NCBI GenBank assembly: GCA_018241645.1
Contig: JAFEDL010000076.1
Location: 1 to 62,318, forward strand
Direction: 5' to 3'
Length of the DNA: 62,318 nucleotides
Source of the DNA: Pseudomonadota bacterium
GTDB lineage: Bacteria; Pseudomonadota; Gammaproteobacteria; Burkholderiales; SG8-39
Below the pieces are notes generated by a model. It ran no database searches. It was not told the origin of the DNA and saw only the letters and a program-made list of their open reading frames with translations. Shown here piece after piece: positions 10,932 through 19,854 of this stretch. Position numbers and translations under genes: made by a program. Within the stretch, counting starts at the first letter, position 1. Each line of letters starts with the position of its first letter.

Positions 10932-11978
10932 ATGCCACGCAGAGTTCTCTTCGTCATTCGCGGCAAGCTCGGCGACACTCTGGTGGCATACGCCACCGTG
11001 CGCCGATATGCCGACGCGTTCCCGGCGGATGAAGTGACCCTGCTGACCCGTGCGGGCTACGCGGAACTGCTCTCTCGCGAAGCGGGTGTCCGCGTGATCG
11101 GCTTCGCCAGCCGGATCGGGATGCTCGTGCAACTCGTGAAGCTGAGGTTTGAGCCGCGGTTCGATGCACTGCTCGTGCTGTGGGGGTTCGGCACGCCCAT
11201 CGAATGGATCGGCCGGCTGGTACGGTCGCGTCGCAAGGTGTATCTCGACGCACGCTATCCGCGCGTTTTCCCAGAGCATGCAGACCTTGCGCCGCATCGC
11301 CTGCAGTCCGAACCCATGTGGCGAGTTGCAACGATATTCGAGCCGACGCTGCCCCAGCCCAGCCGGCTGGCGGTGCCGAGCCTCGCCGCGAGGCGCGGTA
11401 GCAGCCCCACAGTCATCGGCGTGGCCCCGCTTGCCGATGAGCCAAGGCGCATCCTTTCACCGCAAATGCTGGCGGAGCTGCTCGGCGCCATCGAGCAGCG
11501 CCATCCCGGTGCGCCGGTGCGCGTGTTCGTGAATCCGTCGGACCGGGGCGCCGGTGAATTGCTTGCGGCCGGACTGCCGCCGGGTGCGGAGTTCTGCTTC
11601 TTTCCGCAGCTTGCAGACCTGCTGCGGGGGTTCGCCGAACTTGCCTGCCTGTACTGCACCGATACGGGCCTATACCACCTGGCTGCGTCGATGGGAATTC
11701 CGGCGACGGTGTTCTTCGGGCCCACGCAGCCGTGGCGGATCATCATGCCGGGCCAGCCGGCCACGCGCGGCATCAGGTTGGCGGTCCTGGGCGGGGAGCA
11801 CTGCGAAGAGAAATCCTGCGATAACCCGCTGTGCATTGAGGCGGCGCTCCGCTCCTTTGGCGGCAGACCGCCCCTGGCGGCGCTGACCGGGGCGCCTGGC
11901 GGCTGCCCCCTGCGCGATTTTCCGATCGAGAAGCTGGCCGAGGTTTCGGTGCATGAAGATACTCGTCATCAAGCGTGA
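10932..11978 (+). CDS. glycosyltransferase family 9 (heptosyltransferase-like)
   Basis: 348 aa with VLFVIRGKLGDTLVAYATV and LYCTDTGLYHLAASMGIPATVFFGPT. Confidence 0.8.
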   Translation: MPRRVLFVIRGKLGDTLVAYATVRRYADAFPADEVTLLTRAGYAELLSREAGVRVIGFASRIGMLVQLVKLRFEPRFDALLVLWGFGTPIEWIGRLVRSRRKVYLDARYPRVFPEHADLAPHRLQSEPMWRVATIFEPTLPQPSRLAVPSLAARRGSSPTVIGVAPLADEPRRILSPQMLAELLGAIEQRHPGAPVRVFVNPSDRGAGELLAAGLPPGAEFCFFPQLADLLRGFAELACLYCTDTGLYHLAASMGIPATVFFGPTQPWRIIMPGQPATRGIRLAVLGGEHCEEKSCDNPLCIEAALRSFGGRPPLAALTGAPGGCPLRDFPIEKLAEVSVHEDTRHQA

Positions 11979-12969
11979 CAAGCTGGGCGACCTGCTGCTG
12001 GCCACGCCGATGCTCGCGCACCTCAAGGCCAGCCTGCCGCAGGCGGAGGTCCATTTGCTCGCCAGCGACTACAACGCCTGGGTGGTCGACGGGAGCCCGG
12101 ATATCGACCGTCGCTGGATCTATCGCCGGGTGCGGAACGGAAACCGGGTGAGCATCGCGGCGGCCTTGGGGCTGGTGGCGCAGGGATTCGCCCTGCGCCA
12201 CCAGAAATTCGATTGGGCCGTGGTCGCCAACGGTGAAGATTCGCCTCGCGCCACGGCGCGCGGGCTGTCGGTGCGCGCGGCGCGCACGGTGGCCTACTGC
12301 GCGGACGCATCCCGCTATCCGCGGCTCACCGATCCGCTCCCGGTGCAGCCGAAAATGCACGAGATGGACCGGATGCTGGCCATGCTCGCGCCTCTCGGCG
12401 TCGCACCGCCTCGAGAGCCGCTCTTTCCCCGGTACGTACTGCCGGAGGATGCGGCCGGGTTTGCGCGCGACTGGCTTGCCGGCCGTGGCCTGCGGGCGGG
12501 CGGGTACATCGTACTGGGACTCGGCGCGCGGCGTCCGAAGAAGCAGCCGTCTACTGCGCAGGTCCTGCGCTGGAGCGCGTATTTCAGGCAGGCCTGGGGG
12601 CTCGAGACGGTGTTCATGTGGACACCCGGAAAATCCGACAACGCGCTATACCCGGGGGATGACGATGTCGCCCAGCCGGTGCTCGAGGCGAACTCGGTGC
12701 ACATCCATCCATTCCGCGGGCCGTTGCGCGAAGCGCTCGGCCTGGTATGGAGTGCGCGCACAAGCCTCTTTCCCGACAGCGGGCTGATGCATTTTGCCGC
12801 CGCGAGTCCGGGCGGAGTCCTGGGTTTTTTTGCCGAGACCGACGTGTCGCCGAGCCCCGTGCACTGGGCGCCGCGCGGCCGTTCGGTCGATTATCTCGAA
12901 GCTCAAAACAGCGTTGCGGATCTGCCCGACGACCTGGTCTTCCAGCGCCTCCGGCGACTGGTCGGCTAG
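11953..12969 (+). CDS. glycosyltransferase family 9 (heptosyltransferase-like)
   Basis: 338 aa with MKILVIKRDKLGDLLLATPML and FPDSGLMHFAAASPGG. It overlaps the preceding GT9 gene by 26 bp. Confidence 0.8.
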   Translation: MKILVIKRDKLGDLLLATPMLAHLKASLPQAEVHLLASDYNAWVVDGSPDIDRRWIYRRVRNGNRVSIAAALGLVAQGFALRHQKFDWAVVANGEDSPRATARGLSVRAARTVAYCADASRYPRLTDPLPVQPKMHEMDRMLAMLAPLGVAPPREPLFPRYVLPEDAAGFARDWLAGRGLRAGGYIVLGLGARRPKKQPSTAQVLRWSAYFRQAWGLETVFMWTPGKSDNALYPGDDDVAQPVLEANSVHIHPFRGPLREALGLVWSARTSLFPDSGLMHFAAASPGGVLGFFAETDVSPSPVHWAPRGRSVDYLEAQNSVADLPDDLVFQRLRRLVG

Positions 12970-13574
12970 CGCTTTTCCCCGTACACGGCGGGATTCAGGG
13001 CCGGGTCGTTGTACATCTTGAACTGGCGGTACACCTTGAACCACGCATCGCCCCGTGCCGCCTCGGCGAGCAGCCGGTCAAAGCACCCGGCGAGGTCGCG
13101 GCGCTGCTCCAGGAAACGAGCGAGGCGCGCTGCGCAGCTTTCGACGTGCGCCTTGTCGACGTCGTTGCGCAAGGTCTGCAGCCGCATGTGGTGGATCTTG
13201 AGGCTCAGGATCGAGAGGCGATCGATCATCGAGCCGGCAGTTTCCGAGTTCAGGCGCGCGCCCGTCCGGCGTTGCACCCCGGCCAGGCCGTCGAGCAAGG
13301 ACTCGTCCATGCGCTCGATGGCGTCGTTTCGCTTCTGGTTGTAGCCGTCGATGGCGCGTTTGTTGGCGGCAATCTCCGCGTCGGGAACCTGCTTTCTGCG
13401 CGCGAGGTCTTCCTCGTCCCACAACAGGCAGTTATGGCGATGGTTCAATTCGACACAGTGCCACAGGCCTGATGCGTGGCGCCGGGCCGATTCCCGGGCC
13501 CAGCCCGGCGTTGCGTGGCAGTTGTCGTGGAACGCGAGAATTTCCGCGGAGGTCTGCAGGCTGTTCATGCTCAT
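12966..13574 (-). CDS. hypothetical cytoplasmic protein, DUF4254-like (from memory of that family)
   Basis: 202 aa with no signal peptide and a predicted helical fold. Its ATG overlaps the stop of the upstream FkbM gene (ATGA). The family assignment is recollection only, not a search result. Confidence 0.55.
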   Translation of the reverse strand: MSMNSLQTSAEILAFHDNCHATPGWARESARRHASGLWHCVELNHRHNCLLWDEEDLARRKQVPDAEIAANKRAIDGYNQKRNDAIERMDESLLDGLAGVQRRTGARLNSETAGSMIDRLSILSLKIHHMRLQTLRNDVDKAHVESCAARLARFLEQRRDLAGCFDRLLAEAARGDAWFKVYRQFKMYNDPALNPAVYGEKR

Positions 13575-14410
13575 CCCTTGCGTTGCGCCGAAAGCAGGCC
13601 GACAGGCCCGGACCCCGGCTGGACTTGGACCGTGTAACCCGCGTCCGCGATGTACCGGGAAACCGGTTGCGGGCCGCGGTGGTATTCCATGCGAATCTCG
13701 CGCGGCCTGAGGTGGGCGAGGAAGCGCGGGTCCGCAAGCAGGTGGTACTCGGCGCCCTCGCAGTCCAGCTTTAGCAGGTCCACTCCCTGCGGCAGGTGCT
13801 CCAGAGCATAGGCGACGCCTTCCACGAACCGCAGCCGGTCGTTCCGCACGGCCACTTCGTCCGCGCGGTCCGAGAGGCCCACTTCGTGCAGCGTGACGCG
13901 CTGCGCGAGCGAATTTTCATCGAGGTTGCGGCGGATGAATCCGCAGAACGCAACCGACGGCTCGAAGGCGTGCACGGTCGCGCCGCGGCGCGCAAACGCG
14001 ATTGTGCTGTCGCCCACGTAGGCGCCGACATCTACCACGACCTGGCCGGTCAGGTCGCGGTGCTTCACCCCGTAGGCGTCGTCGATCAGGACTTCCTTGT
14101 AATAGCTCGCCTCGTCGCGGCTCCACAGCGGCGAGTAAAGCGTCAGCCCGTCGACCGTCACCCGCTTGGCGTCGTCGAGGAACTCGAATTCGGCGCCGAT
14201 GCCGTCAAGCCGGCATGCGGTGGGCAGCAGCGGCCAGCATGAGGCACGGATCCGGAAGCGCCGGCCCGAAGCCATGTGCATTTCGACTTGCATTTTCCCG
14301 GGCAGAAGCGGCAGCCACACGGCCACGGACGGCGAGGCAAGCCGACCGCGGAACAACGCAGAGGACTTGTAGTAGAGCCGCAGCCGCCGGATGCCTTCGC
14401 GCAGGGACAT
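13571..14410 (-). CDS. FkbM-family SAM-dependent methyltransferase
   Basis: 279 aa with VVDVGAYVGDSTIAFARRGATVHAFEP (SAM-binding loop) and LLKLDCEGAEYHLL, typical of the FkbM family. Confidence 0.8.
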   Translation of the reverse strand: MSLREGIRRLRLYYKSSALFRGRLASPSVAVWLPLLPGKMQVEMHMASGRRFRIRASCWPLLPTACRLDGIGAEFEFLDDAKRVTVDGLTLYSPLWSRDEASYYKEVLIDDAYGVKHRDLTGQVVVDVGAYVGDSTIAFARRGATVHAFEPSVAFCGFIRRNLDENSLAQRVTLHEVGLSDRADEVAVRNDRLRFVEGVAYALEHLPQGVDLLKLDCEGAEYHLLADPRFLAHLRPREIRMEYHRGPQPVSRYIADAGYTVQVQPGSGPVGLLSAQRKG

Positions 14411-14411
14411 C

Positions 14412-15218
14412 TCAGGCGTCCTTTTTTTGCATGCGCTGGAGCTCGATCAGCTTGGCATACTTCATGAAGCTGTTCATGCAGCCGATAGTGGTGTGCGCAA
14501 GGCCCGCCAGGCCGTCGAGGAAGCCGAGCCTGAACAAGTAGAACTTGATGAAGCGCACGAGCGGGCTGACCAGCAGGTGGAGGACGGTGGCTGACCGCCC
14601 GCGCTCGAAGAGGTCCTGGGCGGCGAGCGTCGTGTAGCGATTCTGCTTGTCGAGGTAGTCGCGCAGGCTTTCAGCGGACTCGTGCAGCAGGTCGCCCTGC
14701 AGCGTGCCTGGCGTGACCGCATAGAGCACCTTCTCGTGCACCGGGTCGTCGCTCCATCGCGCCGAGCGGCGGTCGAACAAGCGCGCGCTCCAGTCCGGAT
14801 AGCCTTCCCCGTGACCGAGCCACCGGCCAAGGAACCGGTTGCGGCGGGGCATCCGGTAGACCGGCGATACGGGCGCCTCGATAGCGCTCGCGATGCTGGC
14901 GGCTAGTAGCGGCGACACGCGTTCGTCGGCGTCGATGCAGAGCACCCAGTCGTGGCGCGCCTGCTCGACGGCAAACTGCTTCTGCCGACCGAAGCCGAGC
15001 CAGTCCTTCGCGATCAGGCGTGCGCCGGCCTTCTGCGCAATCTCGCAGGTACGGTCCGAGCTGCCGGAGTCGACGACGAGGATTTCGTCGCAGAACGCCA
15101 GCGAGGCGAGGCACGCCTCGAGCTGGTCCGCTGCGTTCCGGGTGATGAGCACTGCCGAGAGGCCGGCGCGCGGGTGATCGCTCAAGGGGTTATCCCGTAT
15201 AATCTTCCGAGGTTGCAA
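14412..15218 (-). CDS. glycosyltransferase family 2 (LPS core type, WaaE/KdtX-like)
   Basis: 268 aa with LSAVLITRNAADQLEACLASL, ILVVDSGSSDRT and CIDADERV (DxD). There is a 1-nt gap to the downstream FkbM gene. Confidence 0.85.
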   Translation of the reverse strand: MQPRKIIRDNPLSDHPRAGLSAVLITRNAADQLEACLASLAFCDEILVVDSGSSDRTCEIAQKAGARLIAKDWLGFGRQKQFAVEQARHDWVLCIDADERVSPLLAASIASAIEAPVSPVYRMPRRNRFLGRWLGHGEGYPDWSARLFDRRSARWSDDPVHEKVLYAVTPGTLQGDLLHESAESLRDYLDKQNRYTTLAAQDLFERGRSATVLHLLVSPLVRFIKFYLFRLGFLDGLAGLAHTTIGCMNSFMKYAKLIELQRMQKKDA

Positions 15219-15296
15219 GCCGCATTTTAGCCCACCCCCACGGGTCGACCCCGTGAAGCGCGGCGCGGCGATCTCTCATAGTCCCCGTCGAGCGTC

Positions 15297-16244
15297 ATGC
15301 GCATCCTGTTCGTCAAAACGTCCTCGCTCGGCGATGTCATCCACAACTGCCCGGCGGTGAGCGATGTCCGCCGCCGCTTTCCGGATGCCGTGATCGACTG
15401 GGTGGTGGAGGAGTCTTTTGCCGGGATCGTGGGCATGCACCCGGCAGTGCGGCGTGCAATTCCCGTCGCAATTCGCCGGTGGAGAAGGACCATGCTGCAT
15501 GCATCCACCTGGCGGGAGGCGCAGGCGTTCCGGCGCGCGCTGCGCGAGGAAGGGTATGACGTGGTGATCGATACCCAGGGACTGCTCAAGAGCGCGCTGA
15601 TCGCCGCCTCCGCCCGCGGCGTGAGGCACGGGTTCGACGCCCGTAGCGCACGCGAGGCCATCGCCAGCCGCTTCTACGACGTGCGGCACGCCGTGTCCGG
15701 GGAAATGCACGCGGTCGAGCGGAACCGGCTTCTGACCGCATCCTCGCTGGGCATCACTTCCACCGGGGGTTGCGACTACGGCCTCGAATCACCCGGGGGC
15801 AGCCCGATTCCAATGCAAAGGCCGTTCTGCGTACTGCTGTGTATGACCAGCCGCGCGGACAAGCTCTGGCCCGAAGAGCGCTGGGCTGCCCTGGTCCGGG
15901 CGATTGCGGCGCGCGGCTGGGAGAGCATCCTGCCGTGGGGCAGCCCGGCCGAGCAGGCGCGGTGCGGCAGGATCGCGGCGTCGGCCGGCGCCGGAATCGT
16001 GCCCCGCGCAATGTCGTTGGCCGAACTTGCGAGCCTGATGAAGGATGCAAAGGCGGCGATCGGCGTCGATACTGGCCTCGCACACCTCGCGGCTGCACTC
16101 GGCGCGCCCGCAATCGGCCTGTACTGCGGCAGCGAACCGGCGCTTACCGGGCTGCATGGCGGCGCCACGGCCGTGAACCTCGGTGGCCCCGGCCGCGTGC
16201 CGTCGGCACAGGAGGTACTGACCGCCCTGGAGGCGATAGCCTGA
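15297..16244 (+). CDS. waaC: lipopolysaccharide heptosyltransferase I
   Basis: 315 aa with MRILFVKTSSLGDVIHNCPAVSDV and IGVDTGLAHLAAALGAP. It sits directly upstream of waaA and is coupled to it. Confidence 0.85.
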   Translation: MRILFVKTSSLGDVIHNCPAVSDVRRRFPDAVIDWVVEESFAGIVGMHPAVRRAIPVAIRRWRRTMLHASTWREAQAFRRALREEGYDVVIDTQGLLKSALIAASARGVRHGFDARSAREAIASRFYDVRHAVSGEMHAVERNRLLTASSLGITSTGGCDYGLESPGGSPIPMQRPFCVLLCMTSRADKLWPEERWAALVRAIAARGWESILPWGSPAEQARCGRIAASAGAGIVPRAMSLAELASLMKDAKAAIGVDTGLAHLAAALGAPAIGLYCGSEPALTGLHGGATAVNLGGPGRVPSAQEVLTALEAIA

Positions 16245-17494
16245 TGCTGCGCGCGATCTACTCGATGCTGCTGTGGCTCGGCTTGCCCCTGATCGTGACC
16301 AGGCTCTGGCTGCGCGCGAGGCGCGAACCCGGCTACTCGAAAGGAATCGGCGAGCGGTTCGGCCGCTACGCCGCCCGCGCGGACCTGCCCGTCCTCTGGG
16401 TACACGCGGTGTCGGTCGGCGAAGTGCGCGCAAGCGCGCCTCTTGTCAACGCGTTGCGCGCGCGATACCCGGGCCACACAGTGCTGGTGACCTGCATGAC
16501 AGCGGCCGGGCGCGAGGCAATCGACCAGGTCTTCGGCGCGACAGTGCTTGGCGCGTTCCTGCCGTACGATTTTCCGTTTGCCGTGCGGCGATTCCTCGAT
16601 CATTTCCGTCCCCGCCTGGGCGTGCTGGTGGAAACCGAAATATGGATCAATCTGCTCGCCGAGTGTCGCCGTCGCGGGCTTCCTGTCGTGCTCGCCAGCG
16701 GGCGGATGTCGCAGGGGTCTGCACGCGCCTACCGCCGGTTGTCCGGGCTGACGCGGCCTGCGTTTGAAGGCCTGGCGGTTGTTTGCGCGCAAAGCGAGGC
16801 AGATGCGAACCGCATCGCGTCACTCGGAGCCCACCAGGTCAGCGTGGCGGGGAACCTCAAATTCGATGTGGTGCCCGACCCGGCGCTCCTAGACGCAGGC
16901 GCAGCCCTCAAACGCGCGATGGGGACAAGGAATGCAATTGTGCTGGCGAGCACGCGCGAAGGCGAAGAGGCCCTGCTGCTGGATGCGTTCAGGACCCGCG
17001 TCCGGGGAGAAGCGTTGCTGATCGTCGTCCCGCGCCATCCGCAGCGATTCGAGTCCGTCGCGGCGCTCGTCACCGCTTCCGGGTTGTCGTGCGCGCGACG
17101 CAGCCTGGGGGAGCCGGCGGCGGCAGTGGACGTTCTCCTCGGCGACACGATGGGGGAAATGCCGGCGTATTACGCGGCTGCGGATGTGGCGGTGGTCGGG
17201 GGAAGCCTGCTGCCCTACGGCGGGCAGAACCTGATCGAAGCGTGCGCCATCGGCGTGCCGGTGATAATCGGCCCGCATGTGCACAATTTCAGCGAGGTCG
17301 TGCGTATGGCAGTGGACGCCGGCGCCGCAATGCAGGTCGAAGACGCAGTTGAGGCAGCTGATGCTGCACTGGCATTGCTGGATAACCCCGGGCGCCGCGC
17401 GGCCATGGGTTCGGCCGGCGCAGCGCTATGCCTGGCCCACCGCGGTGCGACGGACAGGCACATTGCTGCCATAGAACGGCTCCTGCAGCGCTAG
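16244..17494 (+). CDS. waaA: 3-deoxy-D-manno-octulosonic acid (Kdo) transferase
   Basis: The ATG at 16244 overlaps the waaC stop (ATGA). It has an N-terminal anchor (MLRAIYSMLLWLGLPLIV), LWVHAVSVGE and GGSLLPYGGQNLIEA, and is 416 aa. Confidence 0.92.
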   Translation: MLRAIYSMLLWLGLPLIVTRLWLRARREPGYSKGIGERFGRYAARADLPVLWVHAVSVGEVRASAPLVNALRARYPGHTVLVTCMTAAGREAIDQVFGATVLGAFLPYDFPFAVRRFLDHFRPRLGVLVETEIWINLLAECRRRGLPVVLASGRMSQGSARAYRRLSGLTRPAFEGLAVVCAQSEADANRIASLGAHQVSVAGNLKFDVVPDPALLDAGAALKRAMGTRNAIVLASTREGEEALLLDAFRTRVRGEALLIVVPRHPQRFESVAALVTASGLSCARRSLGEPAAAVDVLLGDTMGEMPAYYAAADVAVVGGSLLPYGGQNLIEACAIGVPVIIGPHVHNFSEVVRMAVDAGAAMQVEDAVEAADAALALLDNPGRRAAMGSAGAALCLAHRGATDRHIAAIERLLQR

Positions 17495-18837
17495 AACTGC
17501 AGCGCCTTGTTCACCTCGGCGAGGTCCTCTTCCCTGAGGCTGCCGGCGGCCGCTTTCAGCTTCAGGTAGTTGGTGATCGTGTTGTAGCGGGCGGTCGCAA
17601 GGTCGCGACGGGTGGAAAAAAGCTGTTGCTGCGCATTCAGCACGTCGATGTTGATGCGCACCCCGACTTCGTAGCCGAGCTTGTTCGAGTCCAGGGCGCT
17701 CTGGCTCGAGACCAGCGCCGCTTCGAGGGCCGAAACCTGCGCGATCCCGTTGATCACGCCGAGGTACGACTGACGCGACGAAAGTGCGCTCGCGCGACGC
17801 GCATTTTCCAGGTCCTGCTTGGACTTTTCGAAATTCGCGGCAGCCTCCCGCTCGCGCGAATTGATCGCGCCGCCCTGGTAAAGCGGCACAGCAAGCTGAA
17901 CTCCGACCGCTGTGGGGGTCAACAGGCTGCCGGTTGCGGAAATGTTCGAGCCGGTCTGGTTGGTCTGGCCGATGCTGGCCACCAGGTCGACGGTCGGGTA
18001 GTTGGCGGCGCGCGCGCGCTTGACCTCGAGGCCCGCGATTTCGCTCGCCGCCTCCTGGATCAGGACCGGGAAGCTCTGCTTTTCGGCGATCTCGACCCAG
18101 CTCTGCATGTTGTTCGGGTTGGGCGGCGACAGCTTCACGTCGCTGCGCAGCGGCCTGAGCTTGTCATAGGCCTTGCCGGTGACCTGCTGCAGGGTCCGCT
18201 GTTTGACTTCCAGGTCGCTTTGCGCCGAGATTTCCTGCGCGGTACTGAGGTCGTAACGCGCCTGCGCTTCGTGCGTATCGGTGATCGTGGCCGTGCCGAC
18301 CTCGAAATTGCGCTTTGCCTGCGCCAGCTGCTCCGAGATCGCGGCTTTCTGCGCCCGGACCAATGCAAGCGTGTCCTGCGCCGACAACACGTCGAAGTAG
18401 GCCTGCGCGGAACGCACCGCCAGGTCCTGTGCCGCCTGGCCAAAGACTGCTTCCGCCTGCCGGACCTGGTACTCCGCCTGGCTGTACTGGGCACTGTTTT
18501 GCGGCCGGTAGATCGGCTGGGAGAGCGTGAACTGGTAGGTAGCCGTGTTGAACGTGCGCGTCGTCGAGGGGGACGGGTTGTTACCGCGGCCCTCGATGTC
18601 GAGGTTTGTCCGGGTGAAACTCGAGGTCAGCCCGAGCGTAGGCAGGATCAGCGCCCGTCCTTGGGGCAGCTTCTCCAGGCCTGCCTGCAATGCAAACCGG
18701 GCGGCGCCGAACTGCGCGTCGTAGCTGCGTGCATCGCGAAAGACCTGCAGCAGGTCCTCCGCGCGCACCGCCGAGGGCAGCAGCACGGACGCTGCCGCCA
18801 AGGTCAATGCAACGGCACTCCAGGGGCGATGTTTCAT
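17491..18837 (-). CDS. tolC: TolC-family outer membrane efflux protein
   Basis: 448 aa with a signal peptide (MKHRPWSAVALTLAAASVLLPSAVRA) and a two-fold repeated OEP helical/beta pattern (LLQVFRDARSYDAQF...). Confidence 0.9.
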   Translation of the reverse strand: MKHRPWSAVALTLAAASVLLPSAVRAEDLLQVFRDARSYDAQFGAARFALQAGLEKLPQGRALILPTLGLTSSFTRTNLDIEGRGNNPSPSTTRTFNTATYQFTLSQPIYRPQNSAQYSQAEYQVRQAEAVFGQAAQDLAVRSAQAYFDVLSAQDTLALVRAQKAAISEQLAQAKRNFEVGTATITDTHEAQARYDLSTAQEISAQSDLEVKQRTLQQVTGKAYDKLRPLRSDVKLSPPNPNNMQSWVEIAEKQSFPVLIQEAASEIAGLEVKRARAANYPTVDLVASIGQTNQTGSNISATGSLLTPTAVGVQLAVPLYQGGAINSREREAAANFEKSKQDLENARRASALSSRQSYLGVINGIAQVSALEAALVSSQSALDSNKLGYEVGVRINIDVLNAQQQLFSTRRDLATARYNTITNYLKLKAAAGSLREEDLAEVNKALQF

Positions 18838-18856
18838 GGGCGGATTCTATTCAGGT

Positions 18857-19174
18857 TCAGTAGACCGGCATCGAAGGATCGACCGTCCGGGCCCACGCAT
18901 CGACGCCGCCGGTCAGGTTGATCACGCTTGAGAATCCCCGGCGCTCCAGCAGCCCGGCGACTTGCATGCTGCGCCCGCCGTGGTGGCAGATCACCACCGT
19001 CTCGGCCGCCGGATCCAGCTCCGCGACGCGGGCGGCAACCTGGCCCATGGGCATCAGCAGCGCGCCGTCGATACAGGCAGTCTGGTGCTCCCACGCCTCG
19101 CGCACGTCGAGGAGCTGGAGCTTGTCTCCGGCGGCAAGCCTTGCCTTCAGTTCGGCCGGTGCAATGTGTTTCAT
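18857..19174 (-). CDS. single-domain rhodanese (sulfurtransferase-like)
   Basis: The start MKHIAPAELK lies inside ORF 18857..19273. The active-site loop is VVICHHGGRS. It is 105 aa. Confidence 0.8.
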   Translation of the reverse strand: MKHIAPAELKARLAAGDKLQLLDVREAWEHQTACIDGALLMPMGQVAARVAELDPAAETVVICHHGGRSMQVAGLLERRGFSSVINLTGGVDAWARTVDPSMPVY

Positions 19175-19176
19175 GC

Positions 19177-19854
19177 TCAGAACTCGAATCGCGATACGCG
19201 CTCGGCATTCATGAGGGGGGCGATGACGGTGTCGAAGAGCTCGACACTGGCGAAACTGCCGGGCGCGCTGCACGTGAAAAGCTTCGCAACCATGGCCGGG
19301 GCGTTCCCGACGATTGCAAACAGCCTGCCCCCGGGGGCGAGCTGGCCGAGGATGGAGGCCGGGAGCACCGGCGTCGATCCGGTCAGCACGATCACGTCAT
19401 AGGGCGCCTGGGCAGGCCAGCCCCGTGCCGCATCCCCCGTCTCGAGGGTGACGTTGTCGACCCCGTGGCGGTTCAGGTTGCCGCGGCCGAATTCGGCCAG
19501 GCGGCCCTTGATCTCGACGGAATGGACGCGCGCGGCCCGGTGGGCAAGCAGAGCGGTCAGGTAGCCGCTGCCGGTGCCGACTTCGAGGACGTGGTCGGAC
19601 TTCTTCACCGCGAGGTCCTGCAGGATCCGGGCTTCCATCTTGGGGGGCATCATGCGCTCGCCCTCGCCGATCGGGATTTCCATGTCGGTGAAGGCCAGCG
19701 CCTTGTAGGCGGGCGGGACGAAATCCTCCCGCGGCACGGCGTACAGGAGGTCGAGCACGTCCTGGTCCAGCACCTCCCAGGGGCGAATCTGCTGCTCGAC
19801 CATGTTGAAACGCGCCTGCTCGAAATTCATGGAAGCCATGGTTCGGATGGTCAT
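19177..19854 (-). CDS. protein-L-isoaspartate O-methyltransferase family protein
   Basis: 225 aa with the SAM motif VLEVGTGSGYLTALLA and a PCMT-like N-terminus (VLDAL-type region). Its ATG overlaps the RND pump stop by 4 bp. Confidence 0.85.
   Translation of the reverse strand: MTIRTMASMNFEQARFNMVEQQIRPWEVLDQDVLDLLYAVPREDFVPPAYKALAFTDMEIPIGEGERMMPPKMEARILQDLAVKKSDHVLEVGTGSGYLTALLAHRAARVHSVEIKGRLAEFGRGNLNRHGVDNVTLETGDAARGWPAQAPYDVIVLTGSTPVLPASILGQLAPGGRLFAIVGNAPAMVAKLFTCSAPGSFASVELFDTVIAPLMNAERVSRFEF

Noticed and set aside
15198-15203. TATAAT hexamer (CCCGTATAAT, the same decamer as in the thiC promoter at 24908-24917) facing waaC
   Set aside because: There is no convincing -35 (TGATCG at 17 nt), and it lies inside the 5' end of the divergent GT2 gene. 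It is a possible promoter but unsupported.
15770-16243. 5' extensions of real genes in the ORF track: waaA from 15770 (this example), plus rfbB from 16, the kinase from 26555, prlC to 39959, DctM to 56559, the DUF4189 gene to 53156 and rsmE to 51109
   Set aside because: The extensions overlap the preceding recognisable gene and have junk-like composition. Internal starts give proteins of canonical length, often with RBS or ATGA/GTGA coupling.
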